Virus record (IMG/VR): IMGVR_UViG_2974707348_000001 | Location: 1-64,000 of that record | Strand: one strand, 5' to 3' | DNA from: a virus | Taxonomy: Duplodnaviria; Caudoviricetes | Length of the DNA: 64,000 nucleotides | Shown: positions 10,978 to 21,646 of the stretch, one piece after another | Position numbering within the stretch: position 1 is the first letter of the stretch | Layout of the letters: every line of letters starts with the position of its first letter | Notes under the pieces: generated by a model | Database searches by the model: none | Seen by the model: only the letters and a program-made list of their open reading frames with translations | Told to the model about the DNA's origin: nothing | Translations under genes and position numbers: made by a program

Positions 10978-11881
10978 GTGATGACATTGAAACATAATGA
11001 AAATAAGGAACAACATAAATTTACCATTCCAAAAGACATCGTAAGTCAATTGAACAATATAAATGCAAGTGAGTATGAAAGTCTCGTTGATAGATTTATA
11101 GAGTATTATGAAGATTATTCTCTATCAGAAAAATTAACTGAATTTAGCTCGAAGAGTCCATATAATTATCATCTGTGTATTTTATATCTTGTAGGAGAAG
11201 AACTTGGAAAACGAATGGTTGAGGTAGTGGAATGAGTGAGAAAAAATATTATGTGAAATTAAAAATTGAGACCTTTTCTTATTCAAGTATAGATGGATTT
11301 GAATGTCATTATTGTGCCAACCTATGGTTAAACGAATGTGGAATGTTTTCTCCGTTTGTTGAAAGTTATCCATTTACTAGAAAAGAGTTGACTAAAATAT
11401 CTGATGGGTGTTTATACAAAGAGTCTCAATGTCTTCCTTTTACGTGGACAAGTAGCCCAGATGAGTTAAAAGAAACGTTAGGTTGGGAATATGATGAAGA
11501 TTCAGATGTCTTTATCTGGATAAACCCTATGATTGAGTTGGTAGAAAAGGAAGATTAAATATGACGCTAGGACAAATTGTTATTGTTATCATTGCAGGAA
11601 TGCTTTTAGCTTTTCTCTTGATGCAGATTATAGGATATGAGGCAGCGATTCAAGATTTAGAGGAAGATTTATACTCAGCAAGAAATCCAGAGTTGCTTGA
11701 CTTGAAAGATTTTGATGATAGTAAACATCTTGAGACAAGTGATGGTGTTATTGAAGCAAATAATTTTAACATTGGTTCATTCTTCATCGACAATCATAGT
11801 CGAGTGGTGTGGAGAGTGATTGAGAATCATAAAGGAAAGAAAGTATTTCACGCTAGTGGGATTATAGAGACAGAGGATTGA
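10978..11881 (+). CDS. three small hypothetical ORFs (10978-11235, 11232-11558, 11561-11881)
   Basis: Coupled ORFs; the last has an N-terminal TM segment. Confidence 0.65.
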
Positions 11882-11904
11882 CAGTAGTCAGTCCCTTTTC
11901 TTTT
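11875..11904 (+). terminator. intrinsic terminator
   Basis: GGATTGAC-AGTA-GTCAGTCC followed by a T-rich tail. Confidence 0.7.
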
Positions 11905-12196
11905 CATCTCATGAAAATTAATTAGAGAGAAAGAATATTTGAAGTATGTCTTAGACGTTGGTATATATGGGTTTAAAAAGAATCGTAATGGGTTGTTTTG
12001 AGATGTTTTGAGTTCTTACGAACAAATTTGATAGAGAATGAGTATGTTTTGGTATAGAATTGGTGTATAAAGTGTTATTTTAATATGGTTTCTAGCTATT
12101 TTTAGTGTGTTTTTGAGGTGTTTTTAGGGTGTTTTTGTAGGGATATTACGTTTTATTTGTACTCTAAAATGAGAGAAATGTGAGTATATGAGAGAG

Positions 12197-12287
12197 TTAT
12201 TCACAGTGATTATTGTCCATTTGTTTATAGGGTTTATTTGAGACTGTAGATAACTTACTAACATACTGTGGATAACTCTGTGAATAA
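12197..12287. promoter_or_regulatory. DnaA-box cluster 1 (4 boxes)
   Basis: TTATTCACA at 12197 (+); TGTAGATAA 12245, TGTGGATAA 12267, TGTGAATAA 12279 (boxes on the - strand). Confidence 0.7.
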
Positions 12288-13162
12288 CTTTATTTTATTT
12301 CACTCAGTGAACATGAGAGAAAAATGAGAGTGGTTCAAAAAAGAGCACATAAAAAATTGAGATTTGGGTATATTTTGGGAGAGAGAAAGTGGATTTGGGT
12401 GAAACCCTAGGGGGGTTGGGATTAGATTTTGGAGTGGAAAGTTGGTGAGATTTGTGGTGGATTGGGGGTAGATTTAGAGTGGGTATGTGGGGAATATTGA
12501 TGGTGTGTAGGGTGGAAATAAGGGGTGATTTGAGAGGTGTGGTTTGTTAAAAAAGGTTTTGAGAGAGATGGTGGGATGGAGATGGATAGGGGTTTGTGTG
12601 GGATAGGGTAGGTATGAGGAATGTTAAAGTGGTGTGTATGGGTAGGGAGTGTAGGTGGTGTAGATATGGGGGTTGAGGGGTGGTGTATAGGTTGGTGGGT
12701 TTGCTACATAGTAGCGTGGTGTAAGTGGTAAGAGGTTTTTTGAGTTTTTGACTTCCTGATTTTGGTAAAAAGGTACCCCCTTTATTTTAAAAGTGGCATA
12801 TAATCAGAATTATAAACCGCCTTGCGTGTTTTTTCTACCCCTGTTTTTTAAAAGGATTGTCTACCCCCTCCAATAAAAAAACATGATGTTAGATTCTGGA
12901 AGCCCCTATGAAAGCACTTTCAAGATTCAAAAAATTTTTCTAATGATTTTATCATTTTTTGATTTTGGTTATATTTTCTTGATTCTATAACCTGCCAAAA
13001 TGTCATAAACTGACATCTTTACCTTGTTTGATTTGGGCGCTGATTGATAACACAACACACAACCCCAAAACCTCCGCCCTTTCCCACTCTCTCACACCCC
13101 ACACAACAAAACCAAACACACAACACCCCACACAACAAAACGAAACCCCCTCACACCCTCAA

Positions 13163-13218
13163 ACCTCAAACAATCCACCTCAAACAATCCACCTCAAACA
13201 ATCCACCTCAAACAATCC
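13163..13218. repeat. 14-bp tandem repeat x4 (ACCTCAAACAATCC)
   Basis: Four perfect adjacent copies read directly. Confidence 0.95.
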
Positions 13219-13482
13219 AACCCCCTTACAAATCCTTTTTTTTATTTTTCTTTTTTGTCTTTCGTCTTTCGTGCTATTCTCTTACCACTCTAACGCCTAA
13301 CCCTTCTACCTCCTTACCTCCTTACCCTTTAGCCTTAACAGCTTAACAGCTTAAGCATAACAACCAATCAACCATATAACACAACCAACCAACAAACAAC
13401 CATATAACAAAACAAAAGAAAGGGCAAAGCCTTAACGCTTTACCCTTTAACCTTATATCATTATAACATAACTCACTCTATA

Positions 13483-14007
13483 CTATCCCTTAACCTCTGC
13501 TATGTCCTTGCTATCCATGTCAAACCATAGTTCGTGCCCTTTATATTTGTATGCCATCATGTTGCTATAAAGTTCATAACCTCTATCTATCCACAACTCT
13601 GTTTCTATGTCCATATCTTCTTTGCTGTCGTTTGTGCTGATTAACTCCTCTAACTCTTCTTGCATTTCCTCAACTGTGAGAGTGTCACTTTCCCAATTAA
13701 TAATAATGTGGTCAGTATCGAAATTATACCATCTCGGGCTGTATACTTCTTTGACTGTAAACGTTCCCTGTTCATCTAATTCATATCCTAACATCTCAGT
13801 GTACAATTCCGCTATTCCCTTTAGATATTCATGCTTATCAATTGAAACATCTATGTCGTGGCAGTGAACCCTTAACATATCCGCTAATTCTTCTATTATC
13901 CAATCATCTTGTTCACTATCTAACCATATTGTATTATATAAACCATTAAACAACCCTAATTCTGTTACATCGATGGTCAACTGATTCAATTCTTTTTTCT
14001 TTTCCAT
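13483..14007 (-). CDS. very acidic hypothetical protein
   Basis: 174 aa with roughly 44 D/E versus 14 K/R; own - strand promoter TTGACA-17-TACAAT at 14111-14083. Confidence 0.8.
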   Translation of the reverse strand: MEKKKELNQLTIDVTELGLFNGLYNTIWLDSEQDDWIIEELADMLRVHCHDIDVSIDKHEYLKGIAELYTEMLGYELDEQGTFTVKEVYSPRWYNFDTDHIIINWESDTLTVEEMQEELEELISTNDSKEDMDIETELWIDRGYELYSNMMAYKYKGHELWFDMDSKDIAEVKG

Positions 14008-14394
14008 TTTTGTTTTTCCTTTTCTGTTTTGTTCTTTTGTGTTTGCTCTTTAAGGTCTGCTATCTCCTTACCTCATAAAACCATTGTACACCATAAACCC
14101 CTCAATGTCAAGCCTTAAGCATCCAATACTATTACATTACCTTAACAATACTATAAACATTATATCACTATATTATTATATCTTTATTACACAATCCATC
14201 ACTTCATCTACTGACTCTATACACTTATATAGCTATGTTTATCACTCTATGCTATACAGCTATACCATAATACCATTATACTATAACAGCGCTATATATA
14301 ACCGATTCAGTAAGCATATAACGTTATTCAATAGTACCATTATACCATAATAAAAAAGCCCTGTATCATGACAAGGCTTTTTGTCTTTCTTTTT

Positions 14395-14883
14395 CTAGTT
14401 TTCTTTAATTTTTAAGCCGTCTATTTCCCACTCGAACCACTCGGAAAAGTCTTGCTTAAAACCATTGATAGAATATTTTTCTTGTTCTTCTGCTTCTTTA
14501 CCATCTGACGGGTCTAAGTATGTTGGCTTGTCTGACGGTCTTGCGTATACACCCATCCACGTCTGAAAATCACCCTCAAAACTGCCATCGATTATAAATC
14601 CTTTTCTTGTCAGTTCTTCTCTTGCTTGTGCTTTTAGCTGTTGCTGTTTTTTTTCTTGTTTTTCTTTTTGTTCTTTTTCCATTTCTTCAATAAATCCATC
14701 AAGTTCAAACCAGACGAACTGATTCAATTCCATATCTGTTAAGCCATCGGGATAGCAATTTGAGATGTAAGTTTCTACATCGTTTTCAAGTCCTAGCGCT
14801 TTAATTTTTTCCCAATGTGCAACGGCACCGCCTCCAAAATTAAAATCGTTTAAGCTATCAATTTCTGTAATTACTTTAATCAT
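14395..14883 (-). CDS. hypothetical two-domain acidic protein
   Basis: 162 aa; - strand promoter TTGACA-17-TATAAT at 14949-14921; terminator-like hairpin ~14352-14385. Confidence 0.8.
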   Translation of the reverse strand: MIKVITEIDSLNDFNFGGGAVAHWEKIKALGLENDVETYISNCYPDGLTDMELNQFVWFELDGFIEEMEKEQKEKQEKKQQQLKAQAREELTRKGFIIDGSFEGDFQTWMGVYARPSDKPTYLDPSDGKEAEEQEKYSINGFKQDFSEWFEWEIDGLKIKEN

Positions 14884-15293
14884 TTTTTTTGTTTTCTCTT
14901 TTCTTTTATTTGATAAGTCTATTATATCACGACTATTTTAGTTTGTCAAACATTTAAATTAATTTTTTTAGTTCTTCTTTTAACATCTTTTTATTTTTTG
15001 CATTTAAAGCAGTGAAAACATTAAATCCTAAACGCTTTACAACCATGTTTATAACCGTTTTAACTCTATCAAGATATATCTTGTATTATAATTTTTTAAA
15101 AAACCCACCATATATAATAGATAATATAGTAGAAAAAATTTTTTTGGCTTTTGATTTTCGTTTTGATTTTTAAAGGAATCTTTTTTTTAGTTAATAAACT
15201 TAAAATTTTTTAAATCAAGTCCAAAAATAATCGAGGTTGACAAACTTCAAAGATAATGATACAATATGTTTATGAAGAAAAAAGGAGAAAAAC

Positions 15294-15785
15294 ATGAAAT
15301 GGGTAAAAATTAAAGATTTTACTAATTATTCTGTGTCGGAATATGGAGATGTTAGGAATGACAGAACAGGAAGAATTTTGAAACAAAGGCTTGATAAAGG
15401 TGATTATGTTATGTTTAACTTAAGTGAAAATGGCAAAGTGTACACTCTCTATTCTCACAGATTAGTGGTTAAACATTTCCTTAGCAAAGTAGAGGGCAAA
15501 GAATTTGTGAATCACATTGACGAAAATAAACAAAATAATCACTTTTCAAACTTAGAATGGTGTACCACGAAAGAAAATATAAATCACGGAACAAGAACTG
15601 AAAGAAGTGCTAAAACACGTTCTAAAGAAGTGGGACAATATGACCTACAAGGTAATTTATTAAATGTTTTTTGTAGTACAAGTGAGGCTTCAAGAAGCAC
15701 AGGTATCAACCTAGGAAACATCAGTAGTTGCTGTAGTGGAAGATATAAGTCAGCAGGTGGATATGTATGGAAATATACAGACTAA
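15294..15785 (+). CDS. free-standing HNH homing endonuclease (NUMOD4-HNH-NUMOD1 type)
   Basis: YSVSEYGDVRN, HRLV..VNHIDENKQNNHFSNLEW, C-terminal ISSCC..KSAGGYVWKY. Confidence 0.9.
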   Translation: MKWVKIKDFTNYSVSEYGDVRNDRTGRILKQRLDKGDYVMFNLSENGKVYTLYSHRLVVKHFLSKVEGKEFVNHIDENKQNNHFSNLEWCTTKENINHGTRTERSAKTRSKEVGQYDLQGNLLNVFCSTSEASRSTGINLGNISSCCSGRYKSAGGYVWKYTD

Positions 15786-15907
15786 ATAAAATAAAACAAA
15801 AAAAGAGCTTATATTTGACAAGGCTCTTTTTTGTGGTGTGACATTATCGTAGAAAAGAAAGAGATAACAATGCGAGTAGGAGAAATAAGTATGTTTTCTA
15901 AACATAC

Positions 15908-16280
15908 TTATCCACATCCTGTGGATAACTTAAGAAAAAACAAAATATTTTATGCAAAACTGTGGATAACTCAATATAGTAAAATTAGGATTTTACTGTT
16001 GCATATTTTAGCTCATAGTCGCACATTTTTAGACAATAAGCCCCTGAAATGCCCTATATTAGAGTTTTTCATATAAATATATGGGGATTTTTGACAGTTT
16101 TTTATAGTTTAGACTCAAATTTCAGCTTAGGATGGAGTTTTTTATACAAATCAGCATTAGTTATACAAAATATTCAGAATTATTTTTACATTTAGATAAA
16201 TTAGAAAAGTTATCCACAGATTTTTTAGAGTTATCCACATATTTAAGGAAGTTATCCACAGTTTCTAAAAGTTATCCACA
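15908..16280. promoter_or_regulatory. DnaA-box cluster 2 (7 perfect boxes plus 2 variants)
   Basis: TTATCCACA at 15908, 16210, 16231, 16252, 16272; TGTGGATAA at 15920, 15961; TTATACAAA at 16142, 16161. Confidence 0.85.
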
Positions 16281-16416
16281 GGTTATGCAATTATGCAATT
16301 TATAATGTATCTTTTGATTAAAAATATTATTTACATACTATATATAATAGAATTGAGCCAGACTTTAAAAATTTGAGTTTCTAATTTTTTATTTCAAACT
16401 GAAAAATTTGAGTTTG

Positions 16417-16702
16417 AAATTTTTGAAACGAGCACCATGCATCAGGTAATTAATTTTGAGTTTCAAATTTTTGAATCGAGCTGGCAGCTTTCATTTTCTA
16501 ATTTTTGAATCCAAACTAAATTTATTTGTGCTTCAAATTTTTGAAACGAAACTGATTTTATTTGAGATTGGAATTTTTCAAACCAAACCAACTTTCAGAA
16601 TCGAATTTTTAAAACGAGACTCCCATACCCCCACAAGCATTGGGGTTCAAATTTCTCAAACCAATCCAATTTTATTTCAGATTGGAATTTTTCAAACTAA
16701 AC
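16417..16702. repeat. degenerate iteron-like direct repeats (~18 bp, AATTTTTSAAWCSARAC-like) x8
   Basis: Copies start at about 16417, 16465, 16499, 16535, 16571, 16603, 16649, 16685. Confidence 0.75.
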
Positions 16703-16778
16703 GGACTTTGAGCTTGACATTCCTCAAACAAAATGGTATGATATATACATAACGTAAATTGAAAAGGAGATTTTTCAA

Positions 16779-18036
16779 ATGAGGGTGCTAGTAATTTATC
16801 ATTCAAATTGGAAAGAAACAAAAACAGTCTTTACAGACATCGAAAAAGGATATAGAAGAGTGCGGAATCTTCAACAACTAGGATATAATGTTGACTATCA
16901 CATTGAGTGGATTTGAGTATGGATATTCAGAAAGCAAAGGAACTAATTGGAGAAGATGTCTTTATCATTACACCTAAACGAATAATCGTAGAAGGTACAA
17001 TTGAAACCGTAGTGGTAAAATATTAGGAGGTTTAAAATGAAAATTTCAGAATTAAAAGAACTAGAAGGTCAGAATGTATTTTTTAAAAACCCTTTGGGTT
17101 ATATACAAGAAGTTACAGTAAAACGTATTTTAGGTTCTCGTACGGTTGTATATTCAATTAAAAACTACAACTTTACAGGTTTCGCTTGGGAATTTTTCAA
17201 AACAAGAGAGGAAGCAGAAAATGCGTAAAATTATTGAATGTCTAGAATGTAAAATGCCAATCTATGAGGGAGATGAAGATTTTTGTTTCTTCTGCCAATC
17301 ATCTAAAAAGTTAGGAATTGAAAAATGACAATTAAACACAAAGTAGTATCTTGCACAATGTGTGAGAAAGAGTTTTGGGTTAATAAAAATATAGCCCAAG
17401 GGCTTATAACAGTAGTAGATGAGCATTTGTGTTTGCAATGCGGTAAAGTAGTAGGAGGTTTGAAATGAAATTAAAAGAAACAACTTTTTGTGTTTGTTGT
17501 AAAAATTACGAAGTTAATCTAGCTTATAAGTTTCAAAAGTTTGAAGACCAAGAAAATATTGAATCTACATTAACTTCTGGAATCTGTTATGATTGCGAAT
17601 TTTTATTCCATTTTGAGGAGGAAAAATAAATGAACAGAATAACTAAATTCCAGATTGTTTGTGATATAATTCTAATTGCTTTAAGTGGATATTCAGGGAT
17701 TACAGCTAAAAGTCCGATTGATTTATTTGTTGCTTTTTTATGGTGTCTTTGCTTATGGCTACACATTAGTCGGATTTAAAGGTTTAAATAAGGAGATTTA
17801 AAATGAAATTAAAAGAATTATTACCAGTGATTGGTGCATTTGCTGATTTGACAATTATTATTGTAAACCCCAAAGACACTTCTGATGAGGTTGTCATTAG
17901 GGCTGGCTTAACATACAGAGCCCATAAAATTTTAAACAAGTATGAAGAATTGGAAATCAAATCTCTTCAACCAATCTGTGACTATGTAGAAAATGCCTAT
18001 TTAGCAATCTATTTAATCGGAGATGAAAAGGAGTAA
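16779..18036 (+). CDS. cluster of very small hypothetical ORFs, several with CxxC pairs (includes 17037-17228 and 17803-18036)
   Basis: Promoter at ~16714-16742; AGGAG RBSs; coupled short ORFs. Confidence 0.55.
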
Positions 18037-18041
18037 CAACA

Positions 18042-18632
18042 ATGACAAAACACAATCCCAAAATAGTATTATTTATTTCTCGAAACAAAGATAATAAAAA
18101 TGTTGAAGGATTTAAACAACGGTCACAAACATTTTTAACAAGTGAGTACACATCAGTTCAAGAAGAAACAAATCTATTTAAAGACTTTAATAATTTTGTA
18201 GACAAAGGTGTACTAGGAGAGACTTCAAGATTGTATATGTCAATCAACGAACGTGATTCAAAAAAAGTAAATAACAAATTAGTCCATTATCTAATTGACC
18301 ATCCTGAAATGAATCCAGCAAGTATTCCGTCTAAATCAGTTAGTTTGGCACAATCTATTGAGTGTGCCGTAACAAAGAAGTGGCTATTTGATTTTGATAA
18401 TGAAAATTATGAAAAGCTAGTTGAGTTCAAGGAAGACATTCATAAAATAATTGGCGTTGATAAGCAGGAAATTGTTCACTATGAAACAATGAATGGTTAT
18501 GCGGTAATTGTACCTCATGGATTTGACACTAGGGGTTTGTTAGCAAAATGGAACAAAGAAGAAACCATCGTCGAAGTTAAACGTGATGGAATGTTATTAT
18601 TAGAATATACGCAGTTGTTAAATGGGCAATGA
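18042..18632 (+). CDS. hypothetical protein with AEP (primase-polymerase)-like motifs
   Basis: KWLFDFD (DxD) and ETMNGYAVI resemble AEP motifs I and II. Confidence 0.55.
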   Translation: MTKHNPKIVLFISRNKDNKNVEGFKQRSQTFLTSEYTSVQEETNLFKDFNNFVDKGVLGETSRLYMSINERDSKKVNNKLVHYLIDHPEMNPASIPSKSVSLAQSIECAVTKKWLFDFDNENYEKLVEFKEDIHKIIGVDKQEIVHYETMNGYAVIVPHGFDTRGLLAKWNKEETIVEVKRDGMLLLEYTQLLNGQ

Positions 18633-18739
18633 ATGGAGATAAATAATGTATAGTGGTGGTAATAATAATTTAATATTAGAGGTGTTGACATAACACCTCT
18701 TTTTTGGTATAATAGTATTATAGAAAGTGAGGGAAGCAA

Positions 18740-19831
18740 ATGAAAGTTATAAAAAATACAAATGAATATTATCTAGTTACAGTAAGAGATAATAATTATC
18801 AAGAAGAATATTCTGTTCGATTATCAAATTTAGAGAGTGTAAAAGAAAAAATTGATTATTGCAAACTCATGTGTGAAGAAGTCTTAAAAGTAGAATTAAT
18901 CACAACAACAGAAACATCCAGAGAGATAGAAGGTTTATTATGAAAACGAACAAAGGACGTAAAGAAATCCGTAAACACTATGACTCTTAAGTGGTCATTC
19001 AATAAGGGGAGATTATGAAAAAATTAATTCCAGCAAAAGAAGTTGTTTCAAAGTTAAAGAAGAGTCTCGAAGATATTCCAGCGGAACTATTAGCTTCATT
19101 TTATGAAGATTCAATAGTGAGTAGCATTGAATATTATACAAAAAGAGGAATCAATGCGTTAATTATAGATGTTTTATGGGATGATAAGATAGAAAAATAT
19201 TATTATGGAGAATATATTTTACCATATAAAATCAGGAAAGAACTAAGAGAGAAATATAATATTTCTAAGGATGTTCAGATTTCTGCATATTTAAAAATAA
19301 CTCGTAAAATGGAAGATTTAGGGTATAATATTAAATATATTGGTGGTGACATGAACCAAATGGTGATAAGATGGTAAATGAAGATAGTTATGTAGTATAT
19401 AAAACATGGTATCCTAAGATATTTGGATTTACATATTTTGTAATTAGAAATAGGAATATTTACAAAGAAGAATTGTTAGAAGAGACTACCCCTATTCTTT
19501 ATACCAATAATTTTGACATAGCAACAAATATCGTAATAAAACTTAGAGAAGAATATAGAAGAAACTAAGAGAAAAAGGGAGGTAGATAATGTTAATGCAA
19601 TATACTGGTAGAGATGGAGATTTAGGACTTAAAACAAACGATAATTATTATGTTGTAGCAACAACAGACCACAACATGTGGAGCATCTGTGTATATATTT
19701 ATGAAATTAATTCTACTTATCCTATTTTTTGTCCTTATGACACCTTTGAAGGGTTCTTTATGAACTGGAATCCACATCCTAAAATTGAAGAAGAGGAAAT
19801 TGAAGAAGAAGATGATTGGAGTGATTTTTAA
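18740..19831 (+). CDS. small hypothetical ORFs (18740-18943, 19015-19377, 19371-19568, 19589-19831)
   Basis: RBSs and an upstream promoter. Confidence 0.6.
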
Positions 19832-19909
19832 TCAAAGGTAGCTTGTCACTTGACAAGTTACCTTTTTTATGATATAATTTATATATATGAAAATTGAAAG
19901 AGGTGCTAA

Positions 19910-20509
19910 ATGGCAAATGTGCTATTAGATATGGATAACACACTAACTCGTGTAGATGTTATCCTTGATAAAATGTCAAATGTTTTCCAAAAAGATATTA
20001 TCTCGGCAGACAAACTAGAATCATTCAAATTGGCTAAGGCATTTGGTGTAACAGATGAACAAGAAAAGTTCTTCTGGGAACATTATGGCTATGAGGTAAT
20101 TGAAAAGAGTGAACCAAATGAAAAAGTAATTGAATCATTATTTAAAAATGTTATTAAGAGTGATGATAAGGTTTATATTATTACAGCTCGCCCAGAATCA
20201 CAAAGAAAAATTACAGAGGATTGGATAAGTAGATTTCAAATTCCACATTCAGACTTAATTTTAACTGGAAATCACTCTAAAATTCAACACATTGAAAATC
20301 TTATGTTGGATACAATAATTGATGATAATCCAACATTGTTTGAAGAAATCGAATCAGTTCCTAAAGTTTTTCCTAATTCTTTTATATCTCAGATTGTTCA
20401 AGATAAAACAATTAAGCGTTATGCGGTAGGTTTTAACTATAACAAAGATTCATTAGTTGAATATCGAATTAATAGAGATACAGGGGAGATAACGAATGGT
20501 ATTAATTAA
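19910..20509 (+). CDS. HAD-family 5'(3')-deoxyribonucleotidase-like protein
   Basis: LLDMDNTL, YIITAR, K, IIDDNP motifs. Confidence 0.85.
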   Translation: MANVLLDMDNTLTRVDVILDKMSNVFQKDIISADKLESFKLAKAFGVTDEQEKFFWEHYGYEVIEKSEPNEKVIESLFKNVIKSDDKVYIITARPESQRKITEDWISRFQIPHSDLILTGNHSKIQHIENLMLDTIIDDNPTLFEEIESVPKVFPNSFISQIVQDKTIKRYAVGFNYNKDSLVEYRINRDTGEITNGIN

Positions 20510-20891
20510 ACTTAATGAATTAAAACGAAAAATAATTAAAGAAATCAATGCTTTAGAGTCAGAGGTCTTACCATATGACGTTGTTAAATTTATTTCAGGT
20601 TCTTTCAACATTTCAATCACAGAAGTAATGGAAGCACACCAAGATGGGAGGATGTTAGTAACTAAAAACAAAAAATTATTTGCATCATTTCTATTTGAAG
20701 AGTGGATGAGTGCGATGGGTATTAGTAAGGACGAAGATTCGACACAAGATAATTTCATCAAAATTGTTTGGTATGACTTTACTTTTGTTTACGATTATGA
20801 ACACGTATTGAGATATTCAGAAAGTGAATTGGGTATTAATGATAATACACTACTCCATATCTTCTATGAAGGAAAAGGAGATGAAGAATGA
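20496..20891 (+). CDS. hypothetical protein
   Basis: Coupled ORF with RBS. Confidence 0.65.
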   Translation: MVLIKLNELKRKIIKEINALESEVLPYDVVKFISGSFNISITEVMEAHQDGRMLVTKNKKLFASFLFEEWMSAMGISKDEDSTQDNFIKIVWYDFTFVYDYEHVLRYSESELGINDNTLLHIFYEGKGDEE

Positions 20892-21646
20892 ACATAAAAG
20901 AAGAATATAGAAAAGGCAATATTTTAGTTTTAGGATTCAGTGATTCTAATATTCTAAAAGATTTAGATAATGAGTCTAATGCATTGTTTGGAGTATCTTT
21001 TGATTCAAAGGCAGTTCAAGACGCATATAACGAAGGGTTTTATAATGTTTTTGATTATAACATCACTAATATTAATAAGTTATTCTCGGATGGATTGTTT
21101 GATACAATTATCATTGACCGAGCTTTACATAAAGTATTTACTTTAAATCAAAACCAAGGTGTATCTAAAAGTACAACAACTGGTGCTAAGAAAGCTATCA
21201 TCATGATGTCTCAGATTTGGGGACTGTTAAAAGATGATGGTATTGTACTTATTCAAGATTCAATGAAACCAGTTACAAGTTTTAGATATGATGCAGTATC
21301 TTATGTCCCTACAGAGAAATTTAAAGATTACTTAACAGATGTTAAAGAGACTGAAAATGTTGTTAAGTTGGGAGAACCACAAAATAATAGAGAAGCACTA
21401 ACGTTGGTAGACTTCTTACACTTTGGTAAAGGTTATGTCGAACACACTATCGGTGTGCAGTATATGCCATTTGATTTACAAGAAATTCAATACTATTTAG
21501 ATTTGGTAGGATTTGAAATTATTAAAGCATCTACAAATGTTGATAAAGAACTTCTTGAATTTTCACGTGAAGTCCAGTATTATAATTTGAGTCATGAAAA
21601 TATCTTTCCAAACACAGAATATATTTTAAAATTAAGAAAAAAATGA
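20888..21646 (+). CDS. class I SAM-methyltransferase-fold protein with degenerate motif I
   Basis: FSDGLFDTIII and LLKDDGIVLIQD typical of Methyltransf_11/25; motif I reads ILVLGFSDS. Confidence 0.55.
   Translation: MNIKEEYRKGNILVLGFSDSNILKDLDNESNALFGVSFDSKAVQDAYNEGFYNVFDYNITNINKLFSDGLFDTIIIDRALHKVFTLNQNQGVSKSTTTGAKKAIIMMSQIWGLLKDDGIVLIQDSMKPVTSFRYDAVSYVPTEKFKDYLTDVKETENVVKLGEPQNNREALTLVDFLHFGKGYVEHTIGVQYMPFDLQEIQYYLDLVGFEIIKASTNVDKELLEFSREVQYYNLSHENIFPNTEYILKLRKK

Noticed and set aside
13163-13218. Possible CRISPR array
   Set aside because: Perfect tandem copies with no spacers and no cas genes
13028-13346. Overlapping + strand ORFs rich in P/T/H/Q
   Set aside because: Products of the C/A-rich low-complexity tract and tandem repeat; no RBS
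15831-16752. ORFs 15831-16076 and 16456-16752
   Set aside because: They coincide with DnaA boxes and iteron repeats, have weak starts and repeat-driven composition
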